Source: Magallana gigas (lineage: Eukaryota). From it: a stretch of DNA of 64,000 nt. The stretch lies in contig NC_088855.1 in the NCBI RefSeq assembly GCF_963853765.1, positions 58,094,001 to 58,158,000 of the forward strand, given 5' to 3'. Numbering within the stretch: the stretch's first letter is position 1; each line of letters starts with the position of its first letter. Both the position numbers and the translations under genes were made by a program. The notes beneath the pieces were generated by a model. The model ran no database searches. It had not been told where the DNA came from and saw only the letters and a list, made by a program, of their open reading frames with translations. Of the stretch, positions 23,161 to 37,502 are shown piece after piece.

Positions 23161-25984
23161 CACCCTTGCGAATGTTATTGTCATTTAAATTTTAGACCAC
23201 GTGGGTTTATTTGACCCTTTCAGTTTCGCAGTAAAAATCGTGCCTCGTGTTTATAGTCTATTTAAGAGAATCTATGTACTTGTAGTCAAATATAAATTCT
23301 AGAGGTTTATTGATTTTAAATTTTATCTTCATTAATTGGTGGATAAAATGTGTTCTAGAAATAAATGTGACAATACAAAAAATAGCTATTTTTCTGCTGT
23401 TGCGACAATTAACATGCGTGGTAGAGATCCCCCCCCCCTAGAATTAATTTTCGATCCGCGCCTGACCTAGTAATAACATCAATAGTGAAACAGACTGTAC
23501 TATTTTATGCAGACTGTTCCTTGAAAATGGCTCGATATACTATGTTTTTATGCAATACATTCACCCATTATTTTTTAAAAAAACAAGGTATTGCACACCA
23601 CAAGCATCAAACGTGGCTATGATTTTATTAAGCAACCCAATGTTTATATTATCAACCACTATACACGTGGTTGACCACGAACGATAACTCTGTTCTGAAT
23701 ATCATCGTTTAATTTAAATAACCGCTAGACGGTGAAATAAGACATACATCTTAAAGGATGTTGATGTTTTAACATAAATCAAAGTAGAATATGATATGAA
23801 AATCGACCAGTACTTACGTATTTTGAGAATATTATCCGAACACTTATACTTCCGCTCGAATTTCACAGGAACTGAACAAATCTCGGTGAAGTCTCGTGAA
23901 CTTTCATTCGAGCACCTCTGGATTTATTACATACATAGCAACGATAAAGAAAAAATTCCGAACACATTCGCAGGGGTGCAGTAGATCTTGAGAAGATGTT
24001 GAAAATGTGAAAAGTTTACGGACAGACGGAAAAATAAAATAAAAAAATATTCCTCAAGTATTTCCGAAAATGCCTTTCTTGGCTGTCCTCGGTGAAATAA
24101 CGTGTATTTTAAACGAAATTAAGACAATTCAAGAGCGTCCACTATTTTTATAACGCTACCAGGTAGTATATTGAGGAGTTCAAGCCGAGTTATTTGATTT
24201 TTCTTCCTTCCTCACGTATGTTGAGTCACAAATGACTCGTTAAGGTATTCAATGTATAATGGAGGGATATTGAACAATTTTGAATCATTTTAAACTAGTT
24301 AAATATTTATTGCTAGATAACTATCAAAGTGAAATGAACCAAATTCACATGACAGACAACATATAAGGAGCCGGTCATTTTGCACCTAATTTTTTTTTAA
24401 AGAGTTATCTATCCTTGAATAAAAAAAGAAAATTTTAACTTCGTTAAAATATCTGCGGTAAATGATTCATTTTATTTCATATTTTAATAAAGAGAAAGTT
24501 TATGCATGTATTGACCAAGAGCGTTTTGCGAATTTTAAGTTACTTTTTACAATATCTTAAGAAAACATACGTTGCCCATAGACTTCAATTCAAAATTCCA
24601 GGTGTAATTAGTTGGACCATAATCAATATTTTGAAAATTCCTTTGGTGGACTATTTTTATTTTATAACACCTTCAAAATGATATCATGATTAAGAATATC
24701 GGACCATTCATTTATTTGGTACAAAATGTGGTCGTTATACATCGAATACCTTAAATCAATGTACATGTAGCACAAGAACAGTGCACTCACTATACTATAT
24801 AAGTGTGAATATTTCAATTGAAACAAATACTGGCAGTTCAAGTTATTGCTGATCTGTACAGTATGTTATAATATTGCGGTGTTATTTTAACACGATTACT
24901 GGCAGATTACCGAATTATACAGTACACTATATAGGCGTGGTGTTATTTCAATACAAATACACCGGCAAGTTACTACCGATTTGTACAGAATACTGTTTAA
25001 GTGTGGTGTCATTTCAACACAATTCCTGATAGTTTACTACCAATCTGTACAGTTTTGTGCGACTGCGTGAAGATCCCGTATCGGTTTTTAATGTTAGAGG
25101 ATAAAGTTATACTAAATAATGAAAGAAAATTAAGTATCTAAAATATTTACAATAGTTAGAGTTGATGGTTAATGTTTGGTCTATACAGCATGCGCAGGGG
25201 TTCCGCCTTTACCATTAAACCCAATACCCTCCCTGGCTAGAAAACGCACAAAAATGCTAATCTGCTTTGATTTTGTCAAAATCGACATTATCGACACCCG
25301 AGTATGATCACTTAATGTGATATAACATCAGAATAATTATAGTTGTAAACGATGGTGAAATGGTATCGATAAAAAAATGTATAATACCAAACATATAGCC
25401 ACAGAATTGTTTCAGTAGCTCTACAAGAAATCGGGTTGACGAGAACCCGATTTTCCCATAGAGCTAGCTACAGTTTTGCATAGATTTGAAATGATGTATC
25501 AACAATCGTTGACCATGCTTACAATAGATGTTTTAAAATATCATTTCAAAATATCGTAAACGATAAAGTAACTTAGAAGGGGTTGAGACCAACAGTATTT
25601 TTTGAATTTGTCAAAAACATTTACATTAAAATGAACTTTCATCTTCACCAGAAAATTGAAGTAATATAGAAAATTCTTAGCGCAATAAAATAAATCTTTA
25701 AGTAAATAAATAAATAAACAAATAGTAAAGAAAGCATCAGAGAAGACATCGCTTACATGGACAGGATTTATTTAGGCCGTGTCTACTGTCAAATCTTTCA
25801 GTGTCATTATAAAATCTATTTTATATATATGATTTTTAAAAAAAATTCTGTTATTTATAAAAAAAAAATTAGGTTTTAAATACCAATTTTTTAATTACTA
25901 TTTAAATCTTATTTTATTTTGGTAATAAAAGCAACTTAATGTACATGTTGAAATGTTAAAAATACAAACAAACTCCATGCATCT

Positions 25985-28900
25985 TTAGGTTACTTTCAGT
26001 ATATTGTCATAGTTATGCTGGTTTGCTTTCAACAAAAACTCCAGCCACTTCTGATCATCCTCTCCCGTCATATGACTGGATCTGGAAGGGGAAGAAAACA
26101 TTAACATCAGATTTCCCACAGTAGTATATATATATATCATATTTGATTTCCCTAAGATATTGTGTCTGCTAGTTTACAGGAATAGGTGTATCTGATAAGT
26201 TACCTCAAAAATCCCAAGACTGTCTGATGGATCTCAAATAACGTTTTTCCCTTAAATCCAAAAAATAAATGAAATATAAACTACGAAATTTCAAGTAAAC
26301 AGCATATAATTAATCTAAAGTATATTCACCAAGAAAAGGTAACTATTGTTTTTTGGTAATGAATTTAAATACATGTATTTCAAAAGTAGTGGATGGTATT
26401 GAAGTTATTTTATATTGCTTTATAATAATGGAAATTTGTTGAAACATAATACTGATTAAATAGATATTTATCTTAAAAATATAGTTTAAATCTAAATTTA
26501 GTAGTTGTCACTGTTTCAGCATTCCAACTGGCTTGATAAGATAATAAAGGGTGTCATCAACCACTTTGCTTACTTTTTCTTGGACCTTGCACAGGTCGAC
26601 AGGAGGGTAGAGGTCCATAATCAGGTCATCTACAGAGGGACTCAGCCTCTCCGACAGCTCCGCCAGTTTGTCCAGTTCCTGGATTTCCATTGGCCGCTGA
26701 GTCAGGCCATTTGATTGGACACAGTCTGTGGCTTTCTTGATGAGAGATTTTGTGGTTTTGATGAGGCCCACACAGGGTTTGGTCAGAGCTTTGTCTGATT
26801 CTGTCCACTGAGCTCCCCCTTCCCCACCCCCCTCCTCGTCAAGGTCACACAAATCGTCCTGGATACCATCCCCCTCAATGGCCTGTAGGATTATAACATA
26901 CATTGTATGTATAAATCAAATCATTAATAAGGTACAAATTAACCCCTTTGATGATATCAATTAATAATGTTTATTGTTATACTTTCATGTTAAATACTGA
27001 AATCTGATTGGTTAAGACGCAGTTAATAATATTTTCTATTACCCTCAGCGTTAGTAACGCCCTTAGCAACGGGTAACATTAAAAAATGTTACATGCGCGA
27101 AAATTATGCGCGTACGGTTCGCTGTAGAATTGATGTTATTCCTATATAAAAGCAGTAAAATTTTCTGAAAAATTAAGACATTCAGTATAACAAAATAAAT
27201 AGTGCCTCCGCTTCGCGTCGGTTGACAATGGTTTTCTCGGGGTGTCAGTTTCAACTGTTACCCTCCCAAACAGGCACTATTTATATAATATTTTATGAAC
27301 CCTCTTCAATATCAAATTATCAATGATTTTGTAAATATGAGGAAGTTAATAGTCTTCAATAAATATAGGAAACATGTTCATAGACTATAAAGTGATGACC
27401 ATCAGAAATCACATAACCTTAGTACGTGTACTTATATGGAGGAAAGTAAATGCAAATCAACTTTTCAATTGCTCGGGCTTGCAATAATAAAATCCTTGAA
27501 TTTGTTTCAAATTAATTTAATATCATGTCAAACACTATAATTTGTACTTTACACAAAACTATCATAGAACATATTAGAACTCTCTATCATGGAATATATT
27601 ACACTGTAGAACTCTCCACTGTATAGAGGGTCTTTTAGTTATCATACCGCCCAGTCTCCACACTGGACTATAGTCACAGTATCTAAAGCTGTCACTCTGA
27701 TGATCAGTTATCTGACAGAAATATTAATAATACCTCTGGTCGGTGTTAAGAAGTAGTTGCTGCCTTGGATAAAATAACCGTTATAAAAAATGTTAAACAA
27801 CTGAGTCCCTACTACAGACCCTGTTCCTACCTCTTCAATCTCCTCCAAGGCATCTTTAATGAGCTGAGAGCAAGTTTTCAGTTCCCTCACTACGGCATCT
27901 TTATCATCTGACAAACAACAAACCAATCAATTTTGACCAAGGTGGTCACATAATCTGATTTTCATTGATAATCAGAAATCCAAACCAGATGAGAAAACAG
28001 AGGAAAAATTGCAATTTAACAACATTAAGAATAGATTTCACAATTCCTCACTTTTTGGCATACTGGCAAACAGGTTGGCATCCTGCCAGACAGTCCCAGT
28101 AGATTGTAGCTGTTGTTGATTTCTGTGAAAGCAAGAGCCATTTATACATAGGATTATAATCTATCATATTAGATCCATTCATGGAAACATTATAATCTAG
28201 CATATTTGATCCATTCATTCATAGGATTAGATTCATTCATGCAAAACATTAAAATCTATTATATAAGATCCATTCATTCATAAGATTGTAAGCTATCATA
28301 TTAAATCCTTTCATACATAAGATTATAATCTATCATATTAGATCCTTTCATTCTTTCATACATAAGATTTTATTTCATCATATTAGATTTAATGAATAAA
28401 TTTAATTTCTACCTATGTTATATGATATAACATAACTTAGGGCAGTTTACACTTCATAAACCCTGAGGCACTTTAAAATATAGCATAAACTGTCCCAAGT
28501 TATGTTATACTCGTATAACGTAGGTAGACAATAAATTTATTCCTTATAATTTAAATAATTTTCTACTAATAAATAAGGCCTATTGCATAGTAAAATGATG
28601 TTAATTTGTACAAAATTTAAACATAATGTCAAGGGGATTAAATCAATACATTTTGCACCCGCCTTGTATTGTGATGTTGGCAAGTTATAATATACGATAT
28701 ATATGAACTTATTTAGCCAATCAAATGATGTGTTACAACCAGAATTAAATTATTCATTTATATATTCATCTGTTACAATAATAAAATCTGCATTGCATAC
28801 CCTGCACATCCCTCTTGAATGTTAGAAATCAACTCCCTCATACTATCCAGAAGAGATAACACTGTATCTTTTGTTGACTTGATTAATCTCAACCCTGCAA

Positions 28901-31900
28901 AACATAACAAAAAGAGGCATTAAATCTTGTAATATAACAAGCAAAGGTTCACATACATACAGAAAAAAACCCTGCAATATATCTTAAAAGATACACATCT
29001 AATTCATTTTATTCATTTTTTCTAAGCCAACTGGTCCCTATACAGTTTTGAGACACTGTGAATATTAATTAATTTGAAAGTTGGTATAATTTTCAGTTAT
29101 GAGCTTACTCATTATTAGGTCTAAGGGAGATAACTATAATGTTTATGCTAATATTAGAGCCCAAGATATAAATGAAGGGAAATGTAAGTATGAATATTGG
29201 ATTGAATTCACATACAGGTCAAATTATTGTTTACCACTGACTTATAAATAGTATGCTCTATCCATCTTATAACCACTTCTTGTATTCATAATTTGATGAA
29301 AGCAATTGATCCTACACGGTTTTTTTCATTTAAAAATGTGAAACGCAAACATGAACAATTGATTTCTTTTTTGTAAACATGGCATAATGACTTCAAGTGT
29401 TTTGCTTGCATATTGTAATGATGTGCTAATTTAAAACTGATTATGATCTATACGATAATGCAGTTCATGACATCATACTCATATAAATGACAATTAATAA
29501 TAAGATGTAAAAAAGTAGGCATATCTGGTCTTATTTGAATCTGATGATCTTAGTGATTCAAACAAAAGACAAATTAAAATCCAAGTTGACAAAAGTTTTT
29601 AGCATCATAGCATTGGAGCATTAATACTGTGCTATATCATAAAGCTGAAAGGCATATTACTAAAAAAGTAATTCCTAAATGGTGCAGTTCTAAAAAAAAC
29701 TTTACAAATACAAATAAAAGATTAATTAAATATTTTTTATCACCCACCTTGAAAAAATCCATTGGTTAATTAATTAAGCCTTAATCTTATCAATTATCAA
29801 AAAATCACAGATGATGAGTAATGTGTACCTTGGGATGCTGGCAGGGTGTAAAAAAGGGAGACAAGGGCTAGAATGGCCTTTTCTGCTTGACTGAACAGAG
29901 AACTGCATTCCTGAAATGATACTGAAGTGTGTACACATATACACTAACAAGGAGTATAGGTCTGCCTCAGAATTCTTTTCATCTTTAAGTAGCTGATACC
30001 TTATCTGATGGTGCTGGACTTCCACAGAAAGCCATAGAAATTTTTGTAGCTTCATGGGAGATAACTTTGAATATCTTCTCTGTAAGCAAATAAATTGACA
30101 AGAAGATAAATTATTTTTACCAGTGAAAATTGCACATGCCTTGATGGATACATTTGTTTAAAGGTTTAATAACATATTAAATAAATCATAAAATCAACTG
30201 TGTAAAACAGAGATTGAATTAATTTAATTATAATCTTTAGGCTTTATAAAATTTAAAGTATATAGTTACTAAGTACATTTGATCCTACAGCCACACCATT
30301 TATGAGGTGGAATAACACACATGGAAATAGTCACTAAAATTAAAAGTATACTATGATAAATAAATTGTACATATGTCAAATAAGCCAAAAATTTGCAGTT
30401 TTGGGATAAAAAATGAAAACCTAAATGAATCAATTTAGTAAGTAACAACAAAAGCCCCTGCGGGATTTGAACTCAAGATGTATGGATCACAAGCCCAACA
30501 TGTGATGATGTGTTATTCCACCTTATATGCAATTAACAGAGGGCTCACGTCCCCTTTGGGCAAAGCTAGTGTGTATAAGTGAGAATAATGAGAATTTTAG
30601 TGATTAAAAACTATGCTCTATGAACTTGAAAATCATCTTTAAAGATGGCAGTCAGAAGCTTTGCCATTCTGAATCACACACCTAAATCTCATTATCATCC
30701 ATTGTTTATTTTGGAGATACATAACACAAATGTCTGGGTGATGCAGACTTACATCACCTCTAAAGAGTGAAAGCAAATTGTTTTGAAACTTTTATAAACC
30801 AAATGATTAATTGTCAAGCTGTGTCTGCCTCTTACCTGGTATATAAAAATTTGACCTCTATTGTGGCCCCCACCCTACCTCTGGGGCTGATGATTTGAAC
30901 TTACCGGTACTTGAATCTACACTGTCTGAGGATGGTACAAACAAAGAAAAAATATTTCAAGCCAAATGATTTTTGGGGAAGAAGATTGAAGATTTTTCTT
31001 CCTTTATTTTAATGTAAAAATTTGCACCCCCCCCCCCCCAAAAAAAAAATAAAATAAACAAAATCATGAAAAAATCCTGAACTGTTATCTACTATACATT
31101 GTACCCAAAGACGCTTCCACACAAGATTCAGCTTTTCTAACCAAATGATTTTTGAGAAGAAGATTTTAAAGAGTTTTTTTCTATATAGTCCTATGTCATT
31201 CCTATTCCTAAAAAGTTGATCCCCTGTTGTTGCCCCTTCCTTCACCTGAGGATAATGGTTTGAACAAACTTGTATTTACACTACCTGAGGATGCTTCCAA
31301 CGGTATCAGGAGAAAACGTACCCAGGAGAAAACGTACCCAGGAGAAAATGTACCCAATTTATAGGGTACGTTTTCTCCAGGAGAAAACGTACCCGGGTAC
31401 GTTTTCTCTAAGAGAAAACATACCCTATAAAAATCATAATTATACTACTTAATAGTTTTTAATACTTTTAATACTATTTCGCATTATAAATATACAAAAA
31501 TGTAAGAATTTTATAGATATATGAATTTAATACTTTATAATTTTAAAGGGGTTGGACATATTAAATAATTTTCAAATGCTACTTTCATGCATATATTTCA
31601 ATGCATAGATGTATAGAAATATATTCATTTTATGAATTATATCTTTATAATAATTGTAACAACTTTTTTTTAGTACGAATGACATGTCATAAAGTGTTAT
31701 ATCAGTCTACTTCTTCTAATTATCCATTTGTCGGTAGCCTTACCGATTTGAGTTTCTCTATGCGAGATCCCCTGATTTTAATTATAGTGATAATTAAATA
31801 CCTAAGCAGTTATTATTATGTAATATTATGTATTGTCTCCCCGCACAGGAGGTAGAAATATTCACTCTCCACACATTATACATGTCAGAAGCGTCGGGAG

Positions 31901-33818
31901 CAAATTGCCTGTTCGATGTTACATTTCGTAGTAGTTTCCATATATATATATGAATCAAACAAATATTTAAAAGACTTGGACTTGGTTTTATTAAGCATCT
32001 TTGTTTATAGATAATTACAATAAAAACTAATTATTTAACGGTTTCGTTTATGGTGGATTAATAGTCGACTAATTAAACTGCTCAGGCCATGTTCGTGTAT
32101 GTGTATGTTACAAACTATTGTCTTAATAATTTAAGTACGTGACTATGCATTTAAAAACAACAGCAACAAATTATACAAATGTTTATTGTATATTTTATTT
32201 TGTTTCATTTGAGAATATCTATGAAAACCATTATTTATTATTTTCATAGTGCTGAAACGAATACCATAATTCAGTATTCAAATATTCATGAGTGCTATTC
32301 GATTCGTATTCGAACATTCGTATCATATTTGATATTTGGTATTACTAAGTAGGTGTATGTGTAGACTGCTTAAACACGTCAGTTCGAAGTTGACACTCTG
32401 ACAAATGACAATGCATGAGTATCCATTGAATTGGATGCACATTTATTTTTTTATGCAAATAATAATATACTGATTTTTAAATTTCCATCAACTACAATCA
32501 AAGGATTTATTACTTCTTTAATAATATACTGCAGTCCTAACACCTGTGTGAGACCGATACGTAACTTCGTAAGTCAGTCCAAATATTTTCACCATGTTTG
32601 ATATAGTATATCGAGGTATCTTTTAAAAAAAAAAACTTTCGATGTACCTTTCATTATTAACTCTCCGTAGCTCACAATCGTTCAACCATTTAAGCAAATT
32701 ATTTTTTCAGCGTCTATTATGAATTGATAAATCCTGAATGTTTGTCTCTGTTCGATGTAAACCCTGCTTTTACTTTCAAGATAAACAAGCATGACGGAAG
32801 AGTTTATTACTCGGTTAAGTAATAGACTCTACCAAGCATGGCAGTCATAGATGGCTTGTCTTTACTTTCAATCAGAGTAAAATGTTTCCAGCTTCTCTTT
32901 TCCATCGTAACAAAGTAACACGATGCTGCATAGTTTACAGTGCTTAATATGGGTGTTAAACATGTGATCGAATATTCTAATGCTAAATATACATTCGAAT
33001 ATTAGAAATTTACTATTCATTCGCGAATATTCGAACATTCGTTTCAGCACTACCATTAGATTCTTCTTGCAATTTACTACTGATATCATCTCTTTACTTG
33101 CCTCAGACGTTTTCCTAAGCACGCTATCCAACCTCAGATAATAAAGCTTGTTAACTTCACGTCAGATCGAGAGTTGCCATTTTTACATGTAAACAAACTG
33201 CACCACCTAACTTCATGGGGCTGGTGATTGTGTTTAAAAGAATATTTGAGGCAAGTAAAGTGACGATATCGATACTAAGTGAAGTGTCCAGGGAATATTT
33301 GGGAATCAAATGTTTCTACAGAATGTGTTTGGAAATAAGATTAATTAGTCCAAAACTAGCGCAATTTTTTGTGTGTGGTTGAGTTGCAATTATTTTTTTT
33401 TTTACCAAAAAAGGCACTGTAGCTCCCAGGTTGTCGATTCGAACTTTTTCAGACCTGGCCCTACAGACCTGCAGCTATCACTTACCCATTTCACTCCAAA
33501 GTTTTTCAGCATCAAAGTTTTCATTGTCTTTCCGGTGAGTGCTGTCATCTGTCGTAAAATAAAGAGTGTGTCAAACGATGCGAAATTCTTTGATACAAAA
33601 ATGTGGTAAAAGGAATACGTCATAACATCATAAAATAAAGATTTATCAAGTATTTGATATGCTATTTTTTTATGACAAATATCAACTCTTAACGTTAAAA
33701 GATAAAAAACTCTTCTTTCAAATTTTGGATAATTACCTCTTAATTGTCGTCTCACTAAATCAATGTTTTGGAGGAAACTTGTGACAGGAGACACACATGC
33801 TTTTCTCTCCTCTGCCAT
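25985..33818 (-). CDS. CCNDBP1: Cyclin-D1-binding protein 1 (GCIP), ~333 aa, 10 exons
   Basis: Exons 33737-33818, 33486-33548, 30000-30079, 29829-29910, 28801-28894, 28052-28122, 27831-27907, 26574-26882, 26204-26250 and 25985-26081 total 1002 nt and are phase-consistent. Motifs: SHEATKISMAF, LFYTLPASQG, STGTVW, IKDALEEIEE, CVGLIK, LSPSVDDLIMDLYPP, WLEFLLKA. Confidence 0.88.
28150..28390. repeat. Degenerate ~45-bp minisatellite (ATAGGATTATAATCTATCATATTAGATCCATTCAT core) in a CCNDBP1 intron
   Basis: Five to six imperfect copies seen by eye. Confidence 0.6.
28395..28545. mobile_element. ~150-bp hairpin element; partial copy at ~3600-3690
   Basis: TCTACCTATGTTATATGATATAACATAACTTAGGGCAGTTTA ... 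TAAACTGTCCCAAGTTATGTTATACTCGTATAACGTAGGTAGA form an inverted pair. Confidence 0.6.
30735..31300 (+). repeat. Decayed Cg170/HINE-related fragment
   Basis: TGTGGCCCCCACCCTACC, CTTGAATCTACACT..CTGAGGATG and GATGCTTCCA motifs are shared with 21947-23030. A similar decayed copy is at ~58560-59120. Confidence 0.6.
32247..33052. mobile_element. TIR element (MITE) with subterminal ATTCG/CGAAT repeats
   Basis: Perfect 16-bp TIR TAGTGCTGAAACGAAT / ATTCGTTTCAGCACTA. Confidence 0.75.
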
Positions 33819-34077
33819 ACCGGATGTTTATAACGCAAATAAATAGATGAACAAGGATAGTTAAAATATTAAATCCGAGAAAATATTACCAAGTTTTCTT
33901 TGTCATTGAGGAAGCATCCGGCAAATTTCCAAAATTTTATCAGTTTAATTTTCTAATAATTTTGATGAATTGCTAAAATACAATTTTTAAAAAAATATTT
34001 TCCTTTGAAATTGGTTTGTAATATTTACCCGGAATATAAAACTCCTAGCAACGTGGGTTTTTGATTGAAATTTCAAC
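33819..34077. promoter_or_regulatory. Bidirectional promoter region between CCNDBP1 and PDCD5
   Basis: Only 259 bp separate the two divergent ATGs. Confidence 0.7.
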
Positions 34078-36074
34078 ATGGCGGACGATGAGTTAGAAGC
34101 ACTGAGAGCTCAAAGAATGGCTCAACTGCAGTCCCAATATGGGGTAAAATGTCATAATATTTAATGTTAAATATGTAGAATACATAGGGTCTTACTTACA
34201 TCGTATACATAGTTTTAATGTTCTGTTTTAATTATTATCAGTAATACCATACACCAATTGACCAAGTACGTGCATGTAAGAGAACAGGTATGGTCAACCG
34301 ATGTGGTGCATGAGTGTATGTACCACATATTTTGTAGGGTGGCGGGGCTGGAAGGCCGAGTCAGGAAGAACAAGAAGAGAAGGCCAGACAGATGACTGAG
34401 ATGAAGAACTCCATTCTGAGTCAGGTCTTGGACCAACAAGCCAGAGCAAGACGTAGGGGTTTATGTGCTTGTTTATCAAAAACTCTCTATAAATCCTCAG
34501 TTAAATTTGTCCACTGGTATTAAGCCAATATGCATACCATTTGGTACGCTTATCATAAGATGATGCCAAGCTCTGCAGTTTCGTAAATTTACATTGCTCT
34601 AGTTATTTATTCATGCCTACAAAAAGATATACATTCCATAAAACAAATAAGAATGTCTGGATATGCATACCATCTGTATGATACCACTTATATAGAAATT
34701 GAATTGTTTTTCTAAGGAGAACTACATACATGTATGCTATGCTCTTTCCTGTGGATTTTAGTTCATCATTTTGGCATTATATAACTTAAGTTATTGCAAT
34801 AATAAAATTCAGAATGTTCAATTTCAATATGCTGAAGTTTTAACATGCCCAGTCAGTTGTTCAATGTTCATACAAACAAATTTGTATGCCCACAACAAAA
34901 AATATGCATCTTAGAAGGTCAGGCAGACAGCTATTTCAAACACTGCTGTAAATGAATTATGTTATGCATGTTTGATATTTGGCAGATATTGTTTTATTTT
35001 ATTAACGAAGTAAGCATAGTAAGGCATGATTTAGCACTTATTTGGATCAATATTTTTCATACATTTATATGTATGACAATTAAAAACCTCTTGATTAATC
35101 ATGTGTCATTTGTTTCACAGAATAAGCTAAATAGAATATATGGCCAAAATAATGTGAGCTACTGAGACCCTGTCTTTACTGATATTTATAAACCTGGTGG
35201 CTTTTTAGATCATTCTAGTTGCATTGTCATGAATTATATTGTGATAAATTTCTAATTTGCAGTTAACACAATAGCTGTAGCTAAGCCAGAAAAAGCTAAA
35301 ATGGTGGAGAACATGCTCTGTCAAATGGCTCAATCAGGACAAATCCAGAACAAGGTAATTTGATTTTAAAAATACTGGAATGGAATGGAATCATTAGAAT
35401 TCGTGGTGGCTCAATTTTCATGGTATTCGTGGGTAGCCCTCGCCCACAAATTTACATCCTCAACGAAAACCAATTATAAAAGGTTTGGTTTACCTACTGA
35501 AACTGAAAACTGACTCATCAATGAAATTGGATCCCCACGATCAAACAAAAAACCCACAATCCACGAAAATTGGCCCCCACGAAATTAAATGATTCCACAG
35601 TAGATGGGCATCAGATCACATATATTTTACAGTGTACATACTTTACCCATGTAGACAGTATAGTAGGTGCCAATGAGTACCAATACTTCAGACTATACTC
35701 TTGTGTTAGAAGAAAAAGTAGATGTGTACAATGTGGACTTTACAGTTGTGTTGTTTTCTTCATCTGTAGATTGGAGAACAACAGCTGAAAAGTTTGTTGG
35801 AGAGAGTGTCTGAGCAGACGGCAAAGAAAACCACAGTAAAGGTCAGCCCAAAGGAAGCCTAGCGTTTATATCTCAGAAAAGAAATAGCATATATGCATTA
35901 TTTTAAAAAATTTGTTTTCACCATTTAAGAGAAAGGAGTATAAAAGATTTTTAAAAATGGTCATTGCTTTAAAAAATTGATAAGTAAATCAAATGAAATA
36001 ATATATTACAATTTTTGTACTTTGAACTTTGACAGTTCAAGAGAAGAGGACTGGATGATTCAGATGAAGACTAA
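34078..36074 (+). CDS. PDCD5: Programmed cell death protein 5, 127 aa, 5 exons
   Basis: Exons 34078-34143, 34338-34452, 35263-35354, 35770-35841 and 36036-36074 (384 nt). MADDELEALRAQRMAQLQ...[37 protein letters not shown]...KTTVKFKRRGLDDSDED*. Confidence 0.97.
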
Positions 36075-36700
36075 AGTAAATGGATGTGAATGTGTGAATC
36101 TGTTGGCTGTTGTGGACATTTATAACAGCAGTAATGCTACTACCGACTGACCAATCAGTGGGCTATAACTTTGTACCGGTATATTGTGTGCTTGTTAATC
36201 TACTGTCTGTGGGGTTATCCTGACAAAACATTTTATGAACTGAAATAATGATCCTGATCCTAGGAATTTCCCTACCTGCTTCTCCATACCAAAGCTAGGA
36301 GGACCTTTTGGAGCATCCCGCTGAGAGCTAGAGTGGTTCTTTTTATTATTTTAATAAATATGATGTTCTTATTATCAGAATTAAATTATTTATTATTTGT
36401 CTTGTTTTGAATTTTACACTTTTTTACTAACAATAATGTTGAAAATAGCAAATTTATTCTTCCTAGCAGTTATTTCCATGGAAAGAAAAATAATTGCTGT
36501 CCATTGGAACAATCATCTTGCCACTGATTTATTAAACCATAGTGTGGTAGAATCAGGTATTTGGCATTCCTAGTATACTTTGATGATACAAAATGTATTG
36601 TTGGCAGACGTGTGGAGTATCAGTCTTAATATTCTGATATTAAAGGCCAGGCAAAAACTGACTGAGGTGGAATGTGAGAAAACAATGCTACAGGTGATTA

Positions 36701-36906
36701 CTGTAGAAGCAGAAATTTTCGTTGATGATTTAATTTTGTTACTTTCGTTGGCAGTATAAATCAATGAAATTAAATCCATGATGAATTTTTAACCAAAGTA
36801 TTAATGAATACAAAGATATTATGATACCTATGACAAAATTAATGCCAACGGAATTTTTTTTTAGTTCAAAAGCATTTTGAACCAACGAAAATATGTGCTT
36901 CTACAG
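36701..36906. mobile_element. Tc1/mariner-type MITE with TA duplication
   Basis: TA-CTGTAGAAGCAGAAATTTTCGTTG ... CAACGAAAATATGTGCTTCTACAG-TA. Confidence 0.75.
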
Positions 36907-37502
36907 TATTATCGATGACTTTACACAAGAGAAGTTGGTTCAAAGCAATTTCACAGATTGTTTGAATGTAGGTCTAGTAAACATCGTTTTACACAGGAAA
37001 AAATGTATGAAGGCTTATATAAATTAACTGTTATATCTAGGGATTAAATTGTAATAGATTTTTGAAACTTGAGTTTAAATAAATTTTAGCTTGCCCAAGG
37101 TGAACTAAAGCAAGCTTTTTTATCACTACAAAATTGTTTAAGATAGAGCCAAGGACATCATTTAAAATGAAATGGTTTAAGTAATATGTGGTATTAATTA
37201 CTGTGCAGGGGTAATAAACAGAGCTGATCTAAGAAGAGAGGAGTTTTGGGATTAAAAAGACGAGTACCTTCTTATCCAGATTCTATTTTGTCTGTTTAAA
37301 ATTATGGGACCATCCTTAGCCGGATAAGAGAAATCAGTCGTTCATCATCTTCGTAAATATTTGGTTCCAAAAATGTTTTTGTTAATGCTTTTAATGAGTC
37401 TAGGTGTGCATTATTTCATATATCCCCTTCCCTATACACTGCTTTGTGACAAGTAAAACTAAGACGTTACTTTATATTTATTTTACCGATACAACTTCAC
37501 AT

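Noticed and set aside
30451-30497. B-box-like GAGTTCAAATCC on the minus strand as a tRNA gene
   Set aside because: No A box or cloverleaf can be built. At most a tRNA-derived SINE remnant, inside a small inverted-repeat element (30305-30523).
33402-33818. 138-aa ORF as a single-exon gene
   Set aside because: It is CCNDBP1 exon 1 read through the intron; exon 2 lies inside it in another frame.
36240-36330. Possible SECIS-like stem in the PDCD5 3'UTR
   Set aside because: There is no in-frame TGA to recode in PDCD5 and no convincing kink-turn quartet.
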